From Octopus vulgaris (lineage: Eukaryota), in NCBI GenBank assembly GCA_951406725.2, contig OX597814.1, positions 135,222,001 through 135,286,000 of the forward strand: a stretch of DNA of 64,000 nt, in the 5' to 3' direction. The notes below the pieces were generated by a model. The model had not been told where the DNA came from. It saw only the letters and a program-made list of their open reading frames with translations, and did not search any database. Positions 38,761 to 51,629 of this stretch are shown here, piece after piece. The position numbers were made by a program, and so were the translations under genes. Numbering within the stretch: the first letter of the stretch is position 1; every line of letters starts with the position of its first letter.

Positions 38761-40329
38761 AGATTATTAGAAACTCTTCTGACTGGAGATAGTTAACTGA
38801 TAGATTTGCTTTCTAAAATCTAGATGTTAACAATCTGTATTCTAAACAATTTTCACATTTTCTAATGATTCTGGCTGCTTTAGTATCATTTTTCCAAACA
38901 CTTAACAGCCATTTTACTGTGATTGTAATGCAATCAATTTTTCTATAGATGGATGTGGAAGTGCCATTATCTATGGATTAAATTTCACAACTGGTTCAAT
39001 GGCAATTTTCTGTCTTTTATTTTTTCTATCACTTAGATTGAATTTCAGTTTTATTTGTTTTTCTTGTTTTACTATTTAGATTTTCTTTTTTCTTTCTTAT
39101 TTTCCCAAATTATGTTTAACAACGGCTTATTTTACTTGACTATCAGCTACAGTTCAAAGCCTATGTAACACTATATTGTCATTATATTAATTATCATCAT
39201 TATCATCTTCTTCACTATCCCACCTTCTACAGTGTCTACTGCTACAGGTGTTTATATATATATATATCTGTTTGAGCAGTGAGATTTGCCATCTCCTTCA
39301 GTAATGTCTAGAAATACAATTTATATTGGTGTTGTTGCTAAGTCCTAGATCATAAATCAAAAAATTTTGTTTTGTACATCTAGGCAAGCATTATCTAATA
39401 ATGTGGGCCTTCTTAATAAAAATAGTAGGGAGTGAGTTGAGGAAAATTTGGCTATCAAGTGACTGTATAGAGATTAATACAGTCACTTGTATGCAAAGTA
39501 AGTGAATGTATAGACTTCCATTTATGACTTGTCTGGATCTGGGAACAATTGTACTGCTGTGTGTATACATTTGAGAGATGAATGTTGTATCTGGTGTGTT
39601 TTGATGTTGCAGATCAAAATTTACTTTCAAAAGTTTTTCCACTTTCCTCAATTGTAACAGTTACAAACATAAAGGTTGTGACCTAGATGGGGTTGTAGTA
39701 TAATTCTGAAGCAGTCCTAAAGATAATATCTTTTTATCTTTTACTTGTTTTAGTCATTGGACCTTAGCTATGCTGGGGCACCAACTTGAAGGGCTTAGTG
39801 AAACAAATCAACTGTAATCAAAGGCTTTCTAGCTGTGGTCATCTGTTTTTCTTTTCTTTCTTTGTCTGATAACATTATCCAGTACTCCCATCCATTTTAG
39901 TGTAATACGAAAGAAATTTGGTCGCTATTCAGCAGATCAAGTGGCCATGTAAAGGTTCCTAATATGTGGTAGGTCGAGTGTTCTTTACTATTTATACTTT
40001 TCGGAATAAATCTTTTGTGATTATGTTATGAAGAAGGGACAAAAACTATTTGTAGCTTATGAGATGTTTTTTTTATTATTTAGCCTCTTGAACAGTCCCA
40101 GTCAAGCAAACCTATAATCAAAGGAGTTTCACTTGTACTAATTCATATTTATTTTCAGTACCACACTATCCAGTGTCTTTCCCTTTTAAATATAATAGTA
40201 TATATAATTTGGGAGATATATCACTGTTATTTGTTGCAGGCTGGTTGACCACATAGAGTCTCTCTGACTGTCTCTCTTAGAAGCTCTCCTAGTGGTAAAT
40301 AGAACCAAAGAAATAATGTAAAATATTTT

Positions 40330-40950
40330 ACATTGAGGGAGAAGGGTAGTACTCATAACTTCTGAGCCTCTTAGGCTCTAATATGTTGGTCAGTATAATG
40401 TAGTTGGTTTCTCAAGGCTGATATATGTTCAGAAAATACAAGCAATGAGGTAGGTCCAGAGTACTAGGATAAAGGTTTTAGCAAAGTGTTTAATTGCGGA
40501 ATTTTGGGGTCAGGTCATGGTAAGCATGAGAGAGGTAAAAAGTAAGATAGGTGTGGTACATGGTTTACTAATTGAGAGGTTAGAAATGACAAAGAGAAGA
40601 TAAGATGCAACACAGCAGTAGACTTGTGGTCAGTAAAAGTGTGTCAATCAGTTAGATGGCCTTCTTTAAATGCACTGTAAAATGTTTGTGTCTTGTAAGG
40701 GTCATCAGCTGTTTCAAACTGAAGTATTTTCTGGTTTTGAATGAAAAATAATGTTAGGGATGTAGCAAAAAGAAACAAACTCAAGGAAACTAGCGATGAT
40801 TTGCATCAACAAAAATCAGTTGATAGAATTTGTAAAATAAGGTATGCGCTATGGGGAGAGGTAAGGTCTGACGTTTCAAGGTCCAATTTGAAGAAGCAGT
40901 CTTGGCCATGTTATAGATGCTGGTTACTAACATACATTATGTAGTAAATT
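40330..40950 (-). mobile_element. CR1-like LINE 3' fragment
   Basis: Minus-strand similarity to the 37700-38200 region (WKQHL/KYFS/KAI*LID-type motifs). Confidence 0.5.
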
Positions 40951-41013
40951 AGAAAATTGAATGAATTAAAACACCTCTAAAATTACACCAACTTTCTAAA
41001 TGACTAATTCCTA

Positions 41014-41052
<39 letters not shown>

Positions 41053-42414
41053 CAAAAGGTCACAATGCTATAGCTTTACTATTAAGTTTTTATGCCATAG
41101 GTGTCTGGATATTTTTCTCATTCATGTTATAGTTATGTTGTTGTCACTATGAAATGCTGTTAGAGATCATTAAACATAACATTTGTAACCAATTTAAGGA
41201 TTTTAATTATGTGTTGATCATGTGTAGAGTGTAATGCTGTAAAGCTTCTTTGATATGAGTAGTGTCTGTGTTGGTGTGTTGTTGAATGAGATTAGGTTGA
41301 CACAAACCCATCAGAGGATGTTTTCAAAGCTTTTTTTCTAAGACAAATGATTAATGTGTCTAGGTTGTGTGAAGCATGATATGATACCTGTGCAGGATAT
41401 GTTTGAGAGAAGTGTGGTATCATCTGAAAAGGAGTATGTTTGTTGTCACAGGTGGCAGTAAGAAGGTTAATGATGTGCAGAAGGGATGGTGTGGAAGGCA
41501 TAAACTCTGAGAAATACCTGATTTCACAGAATGGAGATTGGAGAAATCCCATATTGGCACATGCTGCAAAGAAGCAGTCTTCACTGCAATCTTCCAAATG
41601 AAAATGCACCATGTAGCTTTCACTGCTTTCTTCATTCTAATCAAAATCTCTCTCACTACTATTTCCTACATCACCACTATCATCGAAACTATCACTGTCA
41701 CTATTACCATTGAAATCATTAATACAAATACTAAAACCATACACAATCATTATTGTCTTTGTCCTCATAAATACAATGACTATCATTATTATCACCATAA
41801 TTAGCTGCATCTTTCTCATAAACATCCCCTTCACATTGATAATGATTATATCTGTGAGATTCTATGAAATTATAAACCATGTAATAAAAGCACTTTCACA
41901 CTAGAGATACGGCAAACAATAATTTTGCTGCTATTTTACTTGGAGTACATTGGAGAAATTTAATTTCTTCTTCCAGATATATTTTCTTGTTCTTTCAATT
42001 TATCTGGACAGTTCAACCAGTTTACAACTGAATGAAATGTGTTTCTTTGCACATCAGAATTGGTTTAAGCATGAATCAATTGAATAGGATGGAATAAATA
42101 CTATAGAGGGGAATAAATGAGGTGTATTTTAATTTGAGAAATAGAATAGGTATGATATTAACTATATTAAATGAATTAAGCGCTAGAATGGCTTAGTTAG
42201 GCATTATAGTTAGATAAAACAAAAACAATCATGTATTTGGACAAGAAAGAAAGAGTGGGAAGGAGGAAAGAGGGAAAATAAAACTTAATAAAGACATTGA
42301 ATTTACATTTTCTTGTATTTTGTATTTTACAATGGTGGACTTGCATTGTTGTTAAAGTGTTAAAGTGCTGCTTTAGCTCACATGATCACATATTGAAGCT
42401 TTATTATAATAATC

Positions 42415-42416
<2 letters not shown>

Positions 42417-42472
<56 letters not shown>
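42417..42472. repeat. (TG)n microsatellite
   Basis: Direct inspection. Confidence 0.95.
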
Positions 42473-42477
<5 letters not shown>

Positions 42478-43274
42478 TTTACTTGCCTCAATAAACCTAC
42501 TTGGAAAATAGATATAATGCATGTCATAATTCAATATTTAGTGTTAAGTTCATAGAAATACCTAAATTTCATCTAGCCAGCTCATGTTGGTCTAAGCCAG
42601 TGGTTCCCAAACTGTGTGCTGTGGTGCACTGGTGCACTGCAAGATGTAACTAGGTGCGCCTTGAAAACAAAAGATTATATTTCAAAATATGAAAAATACA
42701 GACCAAAATTCACTAGTAAGTTAATATGTAAATGTCAAATTGGCAAAAAAAATTAAACACTAATTTCACAACTAAGAATGAGAGGTGGTTTTGTCATTCA
42801 ATCTATTTAGGCTAATTATGATATGACACTGTTATTTGATTTCGAATCTGAAATTTCGTAAGGATAAGAACTAAATTAACATCAATCTATCGTCAAAATT
42901 GACATCTTATGAGCATATTCAGTGCACAACTATGTTTTAGTTTATTTCAGTCGTAGCCTCAGCAGTTTTCATTTCAATAATAAATGTGAAAAATAAACTA
43001 TTGAACTAAAATATATGATGTTGAACTAAATCTTTTAATACATCCTCCAGTATTGTGGCTGTATTTCAATTTTTTTCATTCATACAGTGGCGAGAATTTT
43101 CATCTTTTTGATTAATTTTGAAAGACTTCTCAAAAGTGTCTGATAATATGTGACACACTGCCACTTTTCACAGCTCACTGGTCACTTGTTGCAGTCTCAG
43201 TTTGACTCTGTTAATCTGTGTAATCTGTACTCTTTGTGCAAGACAATTCATATTAAGACTAAATTATCCATAAA

Positions 43275-45127
43275 ATGGAAAAGTTTATTTAGAGGAAACA
43301 TAACTGTGGTGATTATGAATCTGAAAGTGAATGTTTGTCAAAAGCAACTAAGTGTAGTGATAATAATGCGAAAGCTCAACCTAGTCGTAAATATTGCAAT
43401 AGCTATTTAAAGTTTGAGTTTCATTGGACTGGCAACAAGGATAAACCTCTTCCACTGTGTGTTGTTTGTGGTAAAAGATGTCTAATGAAGGCATGTTGCC
43501 CAGCAAGTTGAAAAGACATTTTACAACTAAACACTCACATCTTCAATGTAAAGATCTGAATTATTTCCAAAGACTGCTAGAACAGCAATCTATACAAAGT
43601 AATTATTTTGAAAAAAGGATGAATGCTTCGGAAAAGGCTCAAGTAGCATCTATTGAGATAGCTAAAATGATTGCATACAAATGAAATCGCATACTTTAGC
43701 TGAGTTGATTATCTTACCCTCTTGAAGAAATATGGCTAAAACCATCTTAGATGATGAAGCCGAGCAAGAAATAAGCAAGATTCTGCTCTCAAATAATACA
43801 ATCCATAGGCAAATTATGGATTTATCTGCTGATATAGAGGAAAATGTACAGAACAAATTTCAGGACTCAAAATTTGCTCTACAGGTTGGTGAATCAACTA
43901 ACATTAGCAACAAAGCACAATTACTTACATTTATTTGCTTTTGTGATGGTAACCAAATCATAAATCAGTTCTGTTGTTGCAAAGAAATACCACTTACTAC
44001 AAGAGGTCAAGATATTTTTGACATTTTATCTGCCTGCCTTGTAAAATGGAATTTATCCTGGAATTCATGTGTTGGAATATGTACCTATGGGGCACCATCT
44101 ATGATAAGCTCTATTAAAGGTTTTGTATTGCTCGTACAACAGCAAAATCCTAATGTTATATGTACTCATTGCTTCCTACATAGGGAGGTACTAGTTTCAA
44201 AAACAATACCAGTTGAGTCAAAGCAAGTATTATACCAAGTTGTTGAAATGGTTAATTATATTCAAAGTCGGCCATTGAAGTGTTGTTTATTTGAACAAAT
44301 TTGTGTTGATATGGATTCCCAGCACAAGCACTTACTTTTACACACAAAAGTCAGATAGCTCTCAAAAGGTAAGGTGCTTTGTTGCATATATGAACTCCAG
44401 AAGGAATTACATACATTTTTAAAGAAAAACATGAACGCTTCTTAGAATATTTACAATGTGAATTTTGGGGTTCCAAGTTGGAATATTTAACAGAGATATT
44501 TGCACAAATTAATAGTGTCAACACAAGTATGCAAGGTAGAGATGAAAACATTCTCACTTTGACAGATAAGCTGGTTTCATTTAAAAAGGAAGTTGTAATT
44601 CGCAAAAAAAAATAGAGTTGAAGGTGGTAACTTGGAAATGTTTCCCTAATACGTAAAAGCTGCATAAAAAAATGACTCCTATTGTATTTGAACATTTGAC
44701 AATTCTGGAAGGAAAAAATAAACTTTTATTTTCCATCATTGAACACAGAAGTGTACGATTGGGTTCAGATTCCCTTCATAAAAATTCCATCTAATATTGA
44801 TCTGAAAATATGTGAAGAAGAAGAATTGGCATTTATGTCCAGTGATCACAGACTTAAAATCAAATATACTGAGTTACCTATTGATACATTTTGGAATACT
44901 ATTATAGGAGAATACCCCATCAATAGTAAAAAAAAAGCTCTATCTGTCTTGATGTAGTTTTCCACATTGTATTTATGTGAGTTGGGATTTTCAATCCTCA
45001 ATAACATCAAATCCAAAAAAGAGAGAGGCTCTGTTGCATCAAAGAAAAATTGAGGATTTGTCTTTCTCAAATACGTTCCAATATTGAAAACATTTCCAAA
45101 AAACATCAAGCACATGTTTCTCATTGA
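43275..45127 (+). pseudogene. hAT transposase pseudogene
   Basis: BED finger PLCVVCG...MLPSKLKRHFTTKH, FALQVGESTNI, GICTYGAPSM, THCFLHRE, LLLHTKVR*LSKG, LYLCELGFS, C-terminal HQAHVSH*; multiple stops and frameshifts. Confidence 0.92.
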
Positions 45128-45300
45128 TAACTTTGCTTCAAATATTGAATAAAGAGTGAGTACATGCAGTTTTTCTGCATTTTTAATTATCTGTATATCA
45201 CTTTATAGTTTATGTATAAAAGCCTTTTTGAATAAATTTTAGAATTTATGTACAAAGTGTGCCAAAATATTTTGACTTCTTGTAAGGTGCGCCGTAAATA

Positions 45301-45437
45301 GTGGCTGTGTGGTAAGTAGCTTGCTTATGAACCGCATGGCACCTTGGGTAAGTGTGTTCTACTATAGCCTCGGGTCGACCAAAGCCTTGTGAGTGGATTT
45401 GGTAGACGGAAACTGAAAGAAGCCTGTTGTATATATG

Positions 45438-45468
<31 letters not shown>

Positions 45469-45682
45469 ATATGTTTGTATGTCTGTGTTTGTCCCCCAAC
45501 ATCGCCTGACAACCAATGCTGGTGTGTTTACGTCCCCGTAACTTAGCGGTTCAGCAAAAGAGACTGATAGAATACGTACTAGGCTTACAAAGAATAAGTC
45601 CTGGGGTTGACTTGCTCGACCAAAGGTTTTGCTCCAGCATAGCCACGGTCAAATGACTGAAACAAGTAAAGAGTAAAAGAGT
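45301..45682 (+). mobile_element. SINE family B inserted in the right end of the hAT element
   Basis: Family consensus with a GAGTAAAA-type tail immediately before the terminal AACCACTG. Confidence 0.9.
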
Positions 45683-46004
45683 AACCACTGGTCTGAGCTA
45701 AATAACTAAATGTCTTTTCAGCCAGTGTGTGTTTCTGGTTTTACGATATTCTCTAGATGAAATCTAAACCTAATTTGGATTAAATCTTAGTCTGTTACAA
45801 GTAACATTCCCAGATGATCTACTATCAGCACCTGACAGCTAGGAGAACTATAGAATAAAGTTTATTGTCTGGAAAAACAATAAAATGCTACAACTAGATT
45901 TGAACTCATGGCATAGTTATCAAATACCTTGTCTACTCAGTTATTTTATCATTATATATTAGAACAGTTGAATAAGTCAGTAAATTTAATCATTCACAAG
46001 TTTC

Positions 46005-46431
46005 ATCCTTTTATTTTTTCCTTGTTTCAGCCATTAGATTGTGGTCATGCTGGGGCACCACCTTAAAGAATTTTTAACCGAGCATAACATCCCCAGCACT
46101 TATTATTGAAAGTCTGGTACTTATTCTATCGGTCTGTTTTGCTGAACCGCTAAGTTGTGAGAATGTAAACACACCAGCACTGGTTGTCAAGTGGTGGTGG
46201 GGGGATAAACACAAACATAAAGACACACAGATTGATATATATTTATATATATGATGGGCTTCTTTCAATTTCCATCAACTAAATCCACTTCTTTCTACTA
46301 AATCCATTTCTTAGGCTTTTGTTGGCCTGAGGCTGTAGTGGAAGACACCTGCCCAAGGTGCTATGCAGTGGGACTGAACCGGGAACCATGTTATTGGGAA
46401 GCAAGCTTCTTACCACACAGCCACACCTGTA
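46005..46431 (-). mobile_element. SINE family B (minus)
   Basis: Reverse complement of the consensus; head GGTGTGGCTGTGTGGTAAG. Confidence 0.88.
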
Positions 46432-46639
46432 CCTAATTTCATAATACTTCTTATACCAATCAAAATGACAAACGTTTTGATATAAGTAATTTTTACACAC
46501 TATGTAGACTTAGGCATGTAAAGCTTTACTCTGGCATAACCCTTTAGCATTTAAACCAACCATATCTGGCCTAAATATTCTACCTGTCTTTTGATCTGAC
46601 CAACCAGTTCGGCTTCTCACAAAGCTATGAGATATTTTA

Positions 46640-46866
46640 TATTTTTAAGTTGTTTCAATCAGTAGATTCTGCTCATGCTGGTGCACTGCCTTGAAGAATT
46701 TTAGTTGAATGAATTGATCTCAGTACATTTAAAAAGAATATTTTAAGCCTGGTACTTACTCTGTCAGTCTCTTTTGCCAAATTGCTAAGTTATGAGGTTG
46801 TAAATACACCGACACCAGTTGTCAAGCGGTGGGGGGGGGGACAGACACAAAGACACACGGACACAC

Positions 46867-46898
<32 letters not shown>

Positions 46899-47273
46899 CT
46901 GTAAATATAATATGCGACAATTATTCGATGGCCGGATAACTGAAGAGATGGCAGCGTGGATTTCCACCTCGGTATCCGAAACTCAGAGTTTTATCTTGGC
47001 TACCAAATAATTGTCACATATTACATTTACAGATAATTTCTTCTATTTACATAATATCGAGGTCTCCTTCTTTCTTTTGTTATCTTACTGTTTTTATCAA
47101 TATATATATATATATATGATGGGCTTCTTTCAATCTCTGTCTACCAAATCCAGTTACAAGGATTTGGTCTGCCCAAGGCTATAGTAGAAGACACTTGCCC
47201 AAGGTGCCACACTGTGGGACTGAATCTGAACCATGTGGTTGGGAAGCAAGCTTCTTACCACACAACCATGCAT
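46640..47273 (-). mobile_element. SINE family B (minus), interrupted at its microsatellite
   Basis: Tail at about 46640-46700, head at about 47200-47273. Confidence 0.85.
46930..47001 (+). ncRNA. Near-intact type I hammerhead ribozyme at the apex of a long hairpin (46897-47034)
   Basis: GGCCGGATAA CTGAAGA [stem II GATGGC..GTGGA/TCCAC..GGTATCC] GAAA CTC A GAG T T TTATCTTGGCT. Both core boxes are intact; predicted cleavage after GUU at 46990. Confidence 0.75.
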
Positions 47274-47746
47274 GATTAATTCAAAACAACGTGAATAAAG
47301 GACTATTACATTTGACAGAGTTATGTGAATGTTAAAAGGTTAAAGTGGAGTACTAATTGTTAATATGTGACTTTGACTCATGTGTTTGGTCATGGAGTTT
47401 ACATCTTAATCTTCAATGCTAGCAGTGGTTATTCATGAAGTCCCTAACATTTATAGTAAGGTCTCACATATGTAATACAGGGATTTGAAAATCTTCAGTT
47501 AACTATGCAATTAGTAGAACAAAAACTTCCTCCATAGATACATAGAATAAAGAATGCTACCTCAAGACATTTTACCCCCAGGAATATTGATGATATTTAT
47601 AATAAGCATCATGTTCTCTCTATTTCCATAAATATTGAACATACTTAGTCTTGCCGACTAAGAAAAATATATTTCATTGATAAAGTCTAAGACTGAAATA
47701 CATCTATTATTTTCACTAATTTGTTTTAAAAGTCAGATCTATATAA

Positions 47747-47900
47747 GCATGGCTGTGTGATTCAGAAGTTTGCTTCTCAGCCTTGTGTTTTTGGGTTCAG
47801 TCTCGCTGCATGACATTTTATATAAGTATCTTCTACTAGCCCTGGGCCATCAAAGCCTTGTGAGTGGATTTCGTAAACAGAAACTGAAAGAAATCTTATG
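47747..47900 (+). mobile_element. SINE family B, 5' half
   Basis: Head consensus followed by (TG)n. Confidence 0.8.
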
Positions 47901-47963
<63 letters not shown>

Positions 47964-49569
47964 TATATATGTATGGTAAATGAAAGCAATATACGCGAAT
48001 TTTAATTACTGATCATGACAATTGTTTTGACACATCCAGCATTGATCCCTTGTGTGTGGGACATTCAACAACTGGTTCAGGAGCATCTGGCAGTGCAGAT
48101 GTGTCTCATCAGGCGACAGATAGATACAACTTGTTAAAATAACAGTTCTGCAATGCATCTTCTCATTTTGTAGAAAGAAAAGCAGCAAAACAAAGGAAAT
48201 ATCTTCATTTACATAGAATTTTAAAAATAACATCACAGATGCAAATAAGAAACGAACATGCAATACAGCAAGAAAATTATTAAAAATAACTTTTAACAGA
48301 TATTGATGTATAAACGCCTTTGTGCAAGTTGCATGATGCATGAACACTCGCTCATACAAGCATCAATGAAAATGTAAGCATACGCACATGTGTGGTTTGG
48401 TGCACTCACAATCACAAAGCGAGTTAAATAGCTACTTGGTGTATATAACACTGGAGAGGTTGAAGCTAAACTTAATTCATGCATACCTTAAAGTAAATTA
48501 TGTTTATAGTTACTCAAATTTATCCCCACTGCATATATAATCATCATCATCATCATCATTTAATGTCCGTTTTCCATGCTGGCATAGATTGGACAGTTCG
48601 ACCAGAGCTGGCAGGCTGGGGAGCTGCACCAGACTCCTGTCTGATTTGGCATGATTTCTATGGCTGGATGCTCTTCCTAATGCCAACTACTTCACCAATT
48701 GTTGTGTGCTTTTACATGGTACTGCACAGGTGCTTTTATGTGGCACTGCATGGGCACTTTTATGCAGCACCACCATGAGTTCTTTACACCATCAGATGGA
48801 CTGGTCTTATATATATTCATAAAATTTGTGTGGCAGGGTGAATGTTTGTGTCTCTTTGTCTTGACATCTTGTGATAAACAGATGTCCTAATTATACAAGT
48901 GAAATCTCTCGTTTCCAGTCTTTTATGAAAAGATGTCCAACCATAGGGCAATATTACTTTGCTAAGACACAGGTGAAAGTTGGCAACAGGAAGGGTATCA
49001 AGCAATAGAAGGCCATTTTTAGGAGAGCTCAGTCAATTGAATTAATTCCAATATATGACTGATACTTATTTTATTGAGCCTTGTTAAAGGAAAGGCAAGC
49101 ATGACCCTAGCAAGATTTAATAGGACTTGCTTGCAACTGCTTGCTTCATACTCTTGCTTGGGGAGGCTGAGGTCATCCCAGGTTAGTGGTCTCAGAGACA
49201 TCATCATGTGTAGAGCCTACCAGATACACCAGTGCTCTCCATCACTGGCATCCCCAGGTTATGTTGAGTCTCTGGAAATCTTCCTCAATCACACCCAGTC
49301 ACCTGGGATTTGAATATCACAAATATCACTGGAGTACTGACTGTGCTGACTACTGCCCTCAATTTATCGAATGTTTTTCTGAAAGGATGCTTTTTTTTTG
49401 TAGGTAATAAACTGAATAATATCTCAGCTTATAAAAAAAGTTTTCTTCTGGGTAATAGATGTTCACATTAGGTTAGGGATGTAAACAGTAATTTACTTTT
49501 GAATGGGTTATTAATTGTGATGGTAAAAGTGTCTTATAGTTGATAGGGAGTATTTATTACTAAATTGAT

Positions 49570-49780
49570 TTTAAATTTTGGCACGAAGCCAGCAATTTCA
49601 GGGGAGGGGATAAGTCAATTACATCAACCCCAGTGTTTAACTGGTATTTATTTCATTGACCTTGAAAGGACGAAAAGCAAAGTTAACCACAGCTGAATTT
49701 GAACTTGAAACGTAGAGATGGACAAAATGCCATTTAGCATTTTGCCCAGTGCAGTAACAATTCTGGCTGCTCACTGCTTT
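49570..49780 (-). mobile_element. SINE family A (minus)
   Basis: Reverse complement of the consensus. Confidence 0.8.
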
Positions 49781-51571
49781 AATATTGGTTACTGTATTAA
49801 AGGGTAATAGTGGCAAGTAAGATAATAGGAGGTAGTAGTTCTAACCTCTGTGTAAATACATGATTTGATCAATTTTAGGTGATATAAGTATTAAATATAT
49901 TTACAGTGGATAGTGGGAAAATTTATTGTGAATAATTTAGCAAAACACAGTTTTGGGGTTACAGATATAGCCACAGACTGATTTTTAGCCAGCATTGAGG
50001 TTTACCTTTAGGTTAAATATACATACTCAGGTGCTTTACTGGTTCAGCTTGTGTAAGGGAAATAAGTGACACATTTTATAGTGGAGAATGGTAAAGTGTT
50101 TTGTAGTTGTTAAAACAGATAACTGGCTAGTTGTTTCAGGGTGGGTTCTAAACTTAAATCATCATCATTGTCATCATCGTCATTGTTTTATATCAGTTTT
50201 TCCATGCTTGCATAGGTTGGATAGGTTCTTTCCAACATAGTGTTTCACTATTTGTTGTGTTTTCTTTGTCATCTTCTTCTTAAAGTTAGACATCTTGAGG
50301 TAAGCTTTTATCACTTCTGCTCATGTCTTCCTTAGTTTTCCTCTTTTACAGTTTCCTTTGACATGGATATCCTGGCATTTCTTTACCCATCTATTGTCCT
50401 CCACATGCATCACATATTTGTATGAATGCAGTCCTTGTTCTTGCACACTCCAACCAATTCCTGTTATATCTAATCTAAATGTAAATGGTAAAGTATTTTA
50501 TGATTAGTGATAATCTCAGGTGTTTTAAATCTTACTTTAGCATGATGACAGTTGAAGTGCTAGCAGTAATAACAAACAGAAATGGAATAAAGTCACATTA
50601 TTTTCTGGTAGTTAAAACAGATGAGGTTGGTAATGGAGTACTAGATGCTTCTTACTATCTTTACAGTATTGCTTTTTCACAGCTTTGAGTTTAGATTTGA
50701 TTAGATACTAACTTTTCTCTTTCTAGTTTTGATAAAATACATACATACCAGTAGTATACAAGGGTTAAATTAGTTGATGATCACCTGTGTCTGTTTAATG
50801 AAGCTGTTTTAAGAGTTTAACAATGATAGAAGAAAAGTAAGAAAAGCTTTTAGAAAGTTAGTAAGCATGTTTAAATGGAAATGTAATTAAGAAAACTAAT
50901 GCACTTCATTGGTTAGAAGAGAGCCCTTCAAGTAACTTACGTAGTGTTGTTTGGCAGCAAAAGAAATAGTAAATGCGATTACTAGAAGAGGGAGTTAAGA
51001 AATCACAACTACTATTGAAATTTTAACTGCATGAATATAGTTATATTATTAACTAAACTTGAACAGTTTACCTCCGAATGCTCACTATATGAAAGGAAGC
51101 ATTTTATCAAAGCAGATCCCATATTTTCAATGTGTATGGTGGATGATATATTTTTCAAATGTTCTGTCTATCTCTGTGATATGTTGTGCAGTTACTGCAA
51201 TAGTTATTCCTGTTAGTAATATTACTGTTGCTTCAGTCAGCTTTAATGATCAGCAAGATTACCCCTAACCCCTTCTTTATTTTTTGTTTTTCTAATTTTT
51301 TCTTATAATGTTTTTTGTTTCTTTGTTTTTCTATTAGCATCATTAGTATTTCTACCGTGTGCGCATGTTTAATAAAATGGGACTTGCTACTGTTGCTATT
51401 ACTATTACTACTGTCATGTGCATCTTTTATTCCCACAACCACCCTACTGTCACCGCTTGTTCCTTGTTTCTCTCTCTCTCTCTTCAATTCTTTTTCTCTC
51501 TTCAACTCTCTCTCTATCATAGCTGCCACTTGTTCTGTATTGATTTTAGCAAATGTGTCCATAGCAACAGT

Positions 51572-51616
51572 ATGGAATCAGTACATTACAACACACAACA
51601 GTTGATTGAGCCATAA
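51572..51616 (+). CDS. Short uORF MESVHYNTQQLIEP
   Basis: ATG-to-TAA frame inside the candidate exon, 13 nt upstream of the 43-aa uORF. Confidence 0.3.
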   Translation: MESVHYNTQQLIEP

Positions 51617-51629
51617 TAGAGATGACTAG

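Larger units (their letters stand above)
42598..45690 (+). mobile_element. hAT transposon, Buster/Charlie (ZBED5/SCAND3-like) group, full-length decayed copy
   Basis: Termini CAGTGGTT and AACCACTG; 8-bp TSD GTCTAAGC (42590-42597) and GTCTGAGC (45691-45698), with the Buster-type central TA in the left copy. Confidence 0.92.
46540..47339. mobile_element. piggyBac-like MITE containing a nested SINE and HHR hairpin
   Basis: ATAA|CCCTTTAGCATT ... AATGTTAAAAGG|TTAA; internal sequence related to 31578-32135. Confidence 0.7.

Noticed and set aside
43732-44358. 208-aa ZBED5/SCAND3-like ORF as a domesticated host gene
   Set aside because: It is part of a TIR/TSD-bounded transposon with many stops and frameshifts and mutated catalytic motifs (VGES, CTYGA).
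48065-48120. Minus-strand CTGATGA plus CATCTG/CAGATG hairpin as a hammerhead
   Set aside because: It is followed by GAAC rather than GAAA, and stems I and III cannot be formed convincingly.
51233-51605. ORFs 51233-51562(-), 51315-51605(+) and 51059-51268(+) as proteins
   Set aside because: Low-complexity or unrecognisable translations, two spanning the polypyrimidine tract; better explained as intron end and acceptor region.
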